Origin: an uncultured Chloroflexia bacterium
GTDB lineage: Bacteria > Chloroflexota > Limnocylindria > Limnocylindrales > CSP1-4
Length of the DNA: 64,000 nucleotides
Assembly (NCBI GenBank): GCA_963831745.1
Contig: CAWHRD010000002.1
Coordinates: 275,603 to 339,602, forward strand
Direction of reading: 5' to 3'
This document shows, piece after piece, positions 58,537 to 64,000 of this stretch. The stretch's first letter is position 1. Each line of letters begins with the position of its first letter. The notes below the pieces were generated by a model. It had not been told where the DNA came from and ran no database searches. It saw only the letters and a list, made by a program, of their open reading frames with translations. The position numbers and the translations under genes were made by a program.

Positions 58537-58815
58537 ACGGGGACCGCCTTCGACCGGGCAGACCGGCTCCGGGACCACCCCGGAGCGATCGCCAGACCGG
58601 ACCCGGCGGGGGCATCACTCGGCGCCGCGGAGCCCCCAGGAGGCGACGGCGCAGCTACACCGGAGACGGCGGGACGGGCGATGCCCGGCGCACGCCGGCC
58701 GGGGAGCGGACGGATGGAGAGGCGGGCGGACCGCCACGAGCACCACCCGGCTCACGACGCCGGGGGCAGGGACCGGGCCGGCGAGCCGTCGGGCCGGAAG
58801 AGGAGCACGCGCAGC

Positions 58816-61800
58816 ATGGCTCGAGCCGTACACGACATCGTCCCGGCCGTCCCCCAGGACGCCAAGCCCGCGAAGGCGCGCGGCCGGCGGGCCGGCGGGG
58901 CCGCTTCCCCGGCCCGCGCCGCCGGCGCCGTGCCGGCCGGCAGCGCCGAGGCCGTCGCGGCACGGACGAACGCCGCCTTCGCCGAGGCCGAGGCCCTCCG
59001 GGCCCGCGCCGAGCAGGCGGCGGCTGCTGCCATGGACGCGCTCCACTTCACCGGCGAGGGGACCCGCGGCCTCACGCTCGAGCGGCGCTGGACCCGCCCC
59101 GACGTCCATCCGTACGACGAGATCGCCTGGGAGATCCGCACCGCCGCCATCGGCAACGAGTCGGGCAAGCTCGTCTTCGAGCAGAAGGACGTCGAGGTCC
59201 CGGCGTCCTGGAGCCAGCTGGCCACGAACGTGGTCGTCAGCAAGTACTTCCGCGGCCACCTCAACACCCCGGAGCGCGAGACCAGCGTCCGCCAGCTCAT
59301 CGACCGGGTCGTCCTGACGATCAGCGCCTGGGGCGAGACCCAGCGCTACTTCGCCACGCCCGAGGACCTCGCCACGTTCAAGGCCGAGCTGACCCACCTG
59401 CTCGTGAACCAGAAGATGAGCTTCAACTCGCCGGTCTGGTTCAACGTCGGCATCGAGGCCCGGCCGCAGTGCTCGGCCTGCTTCATCAACTCCGTGCAGG
59501 ACTCCATGACCAGCATCATGGACCTGGCCAAGACGGAAGCGATGCTATTCAAGTACGGCTCCGGTGCGGGCTCCAACCTCTCGACGATCCGCTCGTCGCG
59601 CGAGAAGATGGCCGGCGGGGGCACGGCCTCCGGCCCGGTCAGCTTCATGAAGGGCTACGACGCCTTCGCCGGCGTCGTGAAGTCGGGCGGCAAGACCCGC
59701 CGCGCCGCCAAGATGGTCATCCTCGACGTCGACCATCCCGACATCCTCGACTTCATCGACAGCAAGAAGCTCGAGGAGCAGAAGGCCTGGGCCCTCATCG
59801 AGGAGGGCTACGACGCGTCCTTCACCGGCGAGGCCTACGGCAGCGTCTTCTTCCAGAACGCCAACCACTCCGTCCGCGTCACCGACGAGTTCATGCGGGC
59901 GGTCGAGAACGACGGCGCCTGGACGACCCACGCGATCGTCGGCGGCGCGCCGATGGACACCCACCGGGCCCGCGACATCTTCCGCCGCATGGCCGACGCG
60001 GCCCACCTGTGCGGCGACCCGGGGATCCAGTACGACACCACGATCAACGCGTGGCACACCAGCGCCAACAGCGATCGGATCCACGCGTCGAACCCGTGCT
60101 CCGAGTACATGTTCCTCAACGACACGGCGTGCAACCTCGCCAGCCTCAACCTCATGCGGTTCGTCCGCGAGGATGGCGAGTTCGACGTCGACGGGTTCCG
60201 CTACGCGGCGCGCCTCACGATCACGGCCCAGGAGATCCTCGTCGACAACGCGAGCTACCCGACGCCGAAGATCGAGGAGAACAGCCACCGCTTCCGGCCG
60301 CTCGGCCTGGGCTTTGCCAACCTCGGCGCCCTCCTCATGAGCCGCGGCCTGGCCTATGATTCCGACGAGGGTCGGGCCTACGCGGCGGCGATCACCGCCC
60401 TGATGCACGGGGAGGCCTACCGCCAGAGCGCCGTCATCGCCCGCGACCACGGCGGCCCGTTCATCGAGTACGCGAGGAACCGCGAGCCGTTCCTCGCGGT
60501 CATCGACAAGCACCGCGCCGCGGCGTACCAGCTCCCGGAGGAGAACGTCCCGTCCGACATGGTGGCCGGCGCCCACGCCGTCTTCGACGAGGCGCTCGCC
60601 CTCGGCACCCAGCACGGCTACCGGAACGCCCAGGTCACCGTGCTCGCGCCCACGGGCACGATCGCCTTCATGATGGATTGCGACACCACCGGCATCGAGC
60701 CGGACATCGCCCTCGTCAAGTACAAGAAGCTCGTCGGCGAGGGCTACCTCAAGATCGTCAACAACACGGTCCCCGGCGCCCTCCGGCGGCTCGGCTACAC
60801 GCCGACCCAGGTCGAGGAGATCGTCGCCTACATCGACGATCGCGAGACGATCGAGGGCGCCCCGGGGCTCCTGCCCGAGCACCTGAGCGTCTTCGACTGC
60901 GCCTTCAAGCCGCGCAACGGCGTCCGGTCGATCAGCCCGATGGGCCACGTCCGGATGATGGCCGCGGTGCAGCCGTTCCTCTCCGGCGCGATCAGCAAGA
61001 CCGTCAACATGCCCGAGGCGGCGACGGTCGAGGAGATCGAGCAGATCTACCTCGAGGGCTGGAAGCTCGGCCTCAAGGCCATCGCGATCTATCGCGACAA
61101 CAGCAAGCGGAGCCAGCCGCTCAGCACGTCGAAGCTCAAGAGCGACGACGAGACGAAGGCGGTCGGCGAGCTTGTCGGCGAGCTGCGCAAGCAGCTGGCG
61201 ACGGCCCAGGCCGAGGCGCTCAAGCCACACCGCCGCCGGCTCCCCTCCGAGCGGACCGCGGTCACCCACAAGTTCGACATCGCCGGCCACGAGGGCTACA
61301 TCACGGTCGGGCTCTACCCGGACGGCCAGCCGGGCGAGATCTTCCTCAAGATGGCCAAGGAGGGGTCCACGGTCTCGGGCCTCATGGACACCTACGCCAC
61401 CGCCATCAGCCTGGCCCTGCAGTACGGCGTGCCCCTGCGCGACCTCGTCAACAAGTTCGCCCACGTCCGGTTCGAGCCGTCCGGCTTCACCGGCAACAGC
61501 GAGATCCCGATCGCGAAGTCGATCGTGGACTACATCTTCCGCTGGCTCGGCAGCCGCTTCCTCGCGGGCGACGACCGGGCGGCGCTCGGGATCCAGGAGC
61601 GGGGCGGGTCCGTCGTCGCCGCACCGTTCTCGTTCGCGGGCGGAGCCTACGCCCCCGAACGCGAGGAGGGCCCGCTCGGCGTCGACGAGGCGAACGAGCC
61701 GCCCTCCCCGACGGCCACCGCGGTCGCCACGGCCACCGGCCGGGGCTCCAGCCCGGCGACCGGCCAGGCGGCCCCGCCGGCCGCCTCGGCGAAGGTCGGC

Positions 61801-62031
61801 CTGCCGGTCGTGGAGCCCGCCGGGAACGGGCGCGCGAAGGGCAACGGCAACGGGAACGGCAACGGGAAGGGGGCGGCGGCGACCGCCATCGCGGCCTCGC
61901 TCGGAGCCGAACGCACCGCCTTCAAGATCCAGGAGGACGCCCCGTCCTGCATGGACTGCGGCTCGATCATGGTCCGCAACGGCAGCTGCTACAAGTGCCT
62001 CAACTGCGGCTCCACGAGCGGCTGCAGCTGA
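58816..62031 (+). CDS. nrdJ: Adenosylcobalamin-dependent (class II) ribonucleotide reductase, long form with C-terminal zinc ribbon
   Basis: GLTLERRWTRPDVHPYDEIAWE, VVSKYFRG, NPCSEY (catalytic Cys), TGIEPD, and a C-terminal CMDCGS...CYKCLNCG. A (GN)4 hexanucleotide repeat lies at 61840-61866. Start at 58816 (GAGGAG RBS, high GC3 downstream); the ATG at 59031 is an alternative. Confidence 0.9.
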   Translation: MARAVHDIVPAVPQDAKPAKARGRRAGGAASPARAAGAVPAGSAEAVAARTNAAFAEAEALRARAEQAAAAAMDALHFTGEGTRGLTLERRWTRPDVHPYDEIAWEIRTAAIGNESGKLVFEQKDVEVPASWSQLATNVVVSKYFRGHLNTPERETSVRQLIDRVVLTISAWGETQRYFATPEDLATFKAELTHLLVNQKMSFNSPVWFNVGIEARPQCSACFINSVQDSMTSIMDLAKTEAMLFKYGSGAGSNLSTIRSSREKMAGGGTASGPVSFMKGYDAFAGVVKSGGKTRRAAKMVILDVDHPDILDFIDSKKLEEQKAWALIEEGYDASFTGEAYGSVFFQNANHSVRVTDEFMRAVENDGAWTTHAIVGGAPMDTHRARDIFRRMADAAHLCGDPGIQYDTTINAWHTSANSDRIHASNPCSEYMFLNDTACNLASLNLMRFVREDGEFDVDGFRYAARLTITAQEILVDNASYPTPKIEENSHRFRPLGLGFANLGALLMSRGLAYDSDEGRAYAAAITALMHGEAYRQSAVIARDHGGPFIEYARNREPFLAVIDKHRAAAYQLPEENVPSDMVAGAHAVFDEALALGTQHGYRNAQVTVLAPTGTIAFMMDCDTTGIEPDIALVKYKKLVGEGYLKIVNNTVPGALRRLGYTPTQVEEIVAYIDDRETIEGAPGLLPEHLSVFDCAFKPRNGVRSISPMGHVRMMAAVQPFLSGAISKTVNMPEAATVEEIEQIYLEGWKLGLKAIAIYRDNSKRSQPLSTSKLKSDDETKAVGELVGELRKQLATAQAEALKPHRRRLPSERTAVTHKFDIAGHEGYITVGLYPDGQPGEIFLKMAKEGSTVSGLMDTYATAISLALQYGVPLRDLVNKFAHVRFEPSGFTGNSEIPIAKSIVDYIFRWLGSRFLAGDDRAALGIQERGGSVVAAPFSFAGGAYAPEREEGPLGVDEANEPPSPTATAVATATGRGSSPATGQAAPPAASAKVGLPVVEPAGNGRAKGNGNGNGNGKGAAATAIAASLGAERTAFKIQEDAPSCMDCGSIMVRNGSCYKCLNCGSTSGCS

Positions 62032-62059
62032 CGCAGACCATCGAACCTGGAGGCGTCCC

Positions 62060-62641
62060 ATGGCCGAGGTTCTGCTGTTCCACCACGCCCAGGGGCTGAC
62101 CCCCGGCGTCCGCGCCTTCGCCGACGACCTGCGGGCCGCCGGTCACACGGTGCACACGCCGGACCTGTATGACGGACGCACGTTCACGACGCTGGACGAA
62201 GGCCTCGCCCACGCCCGCGAGCTCGGCTTCGAGAACATCCTCGAGCGCGGCGTCCGCGCGGCGGACGACCTGCCATCCGGGCTCGTGTACGCCGGGTTCT
62301 CGCTCGGCGAGATGGCGGCCCAGAAGCTGGCCCAGACGCGGCCCGGAGCTCGCGGAGCGCTGCTCTTCTACTCCTGCATCCCGATCAGCGGCGAGTGGGC
62401 CTTCGGGCCCTGGCCGGACGGCGTCCCCGTCCAGATCCACGGCATGGACGCCGACCCGATCTTCGTCGGCGAGGGCGACGTCGAGGCCGCCCGCGAGATC
62501 GTCGAGAAGGTCGAGGACGCGGAGCTCTTCCTCTACGCCGGCGACCAGCACTACTTCGCCGACAGCTCGCTGCCCTCCTACGACGCCGACGCCACGGCGC
62601 TGCTCACCCGGCGGGTGCTCGCCTTTCTGGACCGCGTCTGA
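62060..62641 (+). CDS. Dienelactone hydrolase family protein
   Basis: 193 aa. MAEVLLFHHAQGLTPGVRAFADDLRAAGHTVHTPDLY, nucleophile region GFSLGE, C-terminal His (GDQHYF). Confidence 0.65.
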   Translation: MAEVLLFHHAQGLTPGVRAFADDLRAAGHTVHTPDLYDGRTFTTLDEGLAHARELGFENILERGVRAADDLPSGLVYAGFSLGEMAAQKLAQTRPGARGALLFYSCIPISGEWAFGPWPDGVPVQIHGMDADPIFVGEGDVEAAREIVEKVEDAELFLYAGDQHYFADSSLPSYDADATALLTRRVLAFLDRV

Positions 62642-62829
62642 CGAACGCCGGCGTGACGCGACCGCGCTCGGCGTTCCTCGGCGCGGGCCTCCTTGGGGCC
62701 CACTGGCCCTTCTAGGCCGGGCCGGCCTGACCGAACACGGGAGCCGAGCCAACGCCTGCGCCATACCATCTCCGTCGTGGTGACCGGTCTCGTCGCCGAT
62801 GCAGCAGGCGCGCAAGCCTCGGGGGACGC

Positions 62830-63633
62830 ATGAACGCTTCCGCGGGGTTGATCCAGGGGGCGCGCCGGCTGACGGCGCTCGGGTTCCTGGCGGTGGTGCT
62901 CGCCGCCTGTGCCGTCGACCGTCCGACGCCGATGGCGGGCTCGCCGACGGCGGCCACGCTGGCCCTGGATGCCGAGATGGCGATCGCCCTCGTGAGGCCC
63001 TACCTCCCGGCCGGCTCGGAGGAGACGCTCACCGCGACGCTCGACAGCGGCGCCGCGCGGGCCTTCTTCGAGGTCAGGGGCACGGACGTCTCCGCCGGTG
63101 TCGACGCGACGACTGGTCTCGTGATGACCGTCCTCCGGCTCGACCTTCTTCCCGACACCCCGATGGTGAGCAGGATCCCGGTCCAGGCCCAGGAAGCGGC
63201 AGCAGCCTTCCTGACGGAGCACGGCATCCCGTTCGGCGGCATGGACGCGGCCGTCGAGCTGATCGACCACGGCGCCACGAAGGAGTACCGCGTCACCTGG
63301 ACGCGGACCGAGAACGGGATCCTGCTCGATGACGAGCGCCAGGTCTCCGTGAACCCGGCGACGGGAGCCGTCTTCGGCTTCACCGACACTCGGCCCCGGC
63401 CGGGGACCACGGGTGCCGTCCTCGTGGACCGCGACACCGCGATCCGGGCCGCCGTCGCGCTGTGGGGCCAGGGCGCCGGGACCACCGTCGACGAGGCCGC
63501 GCTCATCGTGAGCAGGGACCCGCGGCTGCCGGGACGCACCGTCTGGTCCGTGAAGCTGACGAAGGAGATCTCGCACGCCTGGGTGTACGTCGACGCCCAG
63601 ACCGGAGTCGCCTTCATCATGGGCCTGGGTTGA
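62830..63633 (+). CDS. Putative lipoprotein with PepSY-like repeats
   Basis: Lipobox VVLAACAV. Three units end in D/N-x-x-TG-x-V (VDATTGLVMTV, VNPATGAVFGF, VDAQTGVAFIM). Confidence 0.5.
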   Translation: MNASAGLIQGARRLTALGFLAVVLAACAVDRPTPMAGSPTAATLALDAEMAIALVRPYLPAGSEETLTATLDSGAARAFFEVRGTDVSAGVDATTGLVMTVLRLDLLPDTPMVSRIPVQAQEAAAAFLTEHGIPFGGMDAAVELIDHGATKEYRVTWTRTENGILLDDERQVSVNPATGAVFGFTDTRPRPGTTGAVLVDRDTAIRAAVALWGQGAGTTVDEAALIVSRDPRLPGRTVWSVKLTKEISHAWVYVDAQTGVAFIMGLG

Positions 63634-63649
63634 CGCGAGCCCGCGTACG

Positions 63650-64000
63650 ATGCCGACGATGGATGGTCGGCGAATCCTGGTCGCGGCGGGGCTGGCGGCG
63701 TCGGCAGGCGTTGTCGGCCGGCGGGCCCTGGTGGCCCGCAGGTGCGCGGCCCCGGACGACGCAGCGCCCGGCGGCTGGGCGACGTGCTCGGCGCCGAGCG
63801 CCGAGATCTACGACCGCACGTTCGGGTGGCTGCTCGGCGGCCTGTACCGGCGCATGGCCGACGACCTCGCGGCGGCCGTTGCCGGGCTCGACGCGCCGGC
63901 GGTGTTGGAGATCGGGCCCGGACCGGGAGGGCTCGCCGTGGAGCTGGCTCGGCGCGTCGACGGCCTGCGGCTGACCGGGGTCGACATCGACCGGGCCATG
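63650..64000 (+). CDS. Class I SAM-dependent methyltransferase (5' partial, runs off window)
   Basis: Not in the ORF track because it has no stop. Hand translation gives MPTMDGRRILVAAGLAASAG...VLEIGPGPGGLAVELARRVDGLRLTGVDID (motif I). Confidence 0.55.
   Translation, partial: MPTMDGRRILVAAGLAASAGVVGRRALVARRCAAPDDAAPGGWATCSAPSAEIYDRTFGWLLGGLYRRMADDLAAAVAGLDAPAVLEIGPGPGGLAVELARRVDGLRLTGVDIDRAM

Noticed and set aside
58543-58815. Cobalamin riboswitch in the nrdJ leader.
   Set aside because: I could not find a B12 box (AGYCMGGAGACCKGCC-like) or the GCCACUG core. The closest string, GCCAGACCGGACC, is too divergent. A covariance-model scan is needed to be certain.

Overview
Very GC-rich bacterial chromosome segment. 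The gene content looks actinobacterial or terrabacterial: a solitary msiK-type ABC ATPase, a deazaflavin-family reductase, an ECF sigma factor, and a class II RNR with NrdR boxes. I support about 60 CDS and one tRNA-His. I found no rRNA, CRISPR, transposase or integrase.

Layout:
- 0-6 kb: carbohydrate and redox housekeeping (GH13, zwf, CoADR-rhodanese, SMP-30).
- 6.2-16 kb: a decayed accessory islet. It starts at tRNA-His and is bounded 4,719 bp later by a degenerate copy of the tRNA 3' half. It holds gene fragments, three copies (one intact) of a lipoprotein esterase, an ECF sigma module, and two families of short structured repeats (R1 and R2).
- 16-48 kb: mostly housekeeping (pgm, gdh, a two-component system, SPFH, AI-2E, msiK, NUDIX, pepN, NAPRTase, glgC, an M23 peptidase, a prepilin peptidase, pepA).
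- 48.9-55.5 kb: an uptake-type [NiFe] hydrogenase operon. Four consecutive 4-nt start/stop overlaps chain it to a membrane-anchored heptahaem c-type cytochrome, and ccsA follows. Two normally invariant hydrogenase positions carry non-canonical residues. This is my best candidate for an undescribed system.
- 58.3-62 kb: nrdJ with tandem NrdR boxes, a near-consensus promoter and four phased DnaA-box-like iterons.

Many long ORFs in the track are antisense or off-frame shadow ORFs typical of high-GC DNA, and I rejected them. All family calls come from motif recognition by eye. No searches were run.
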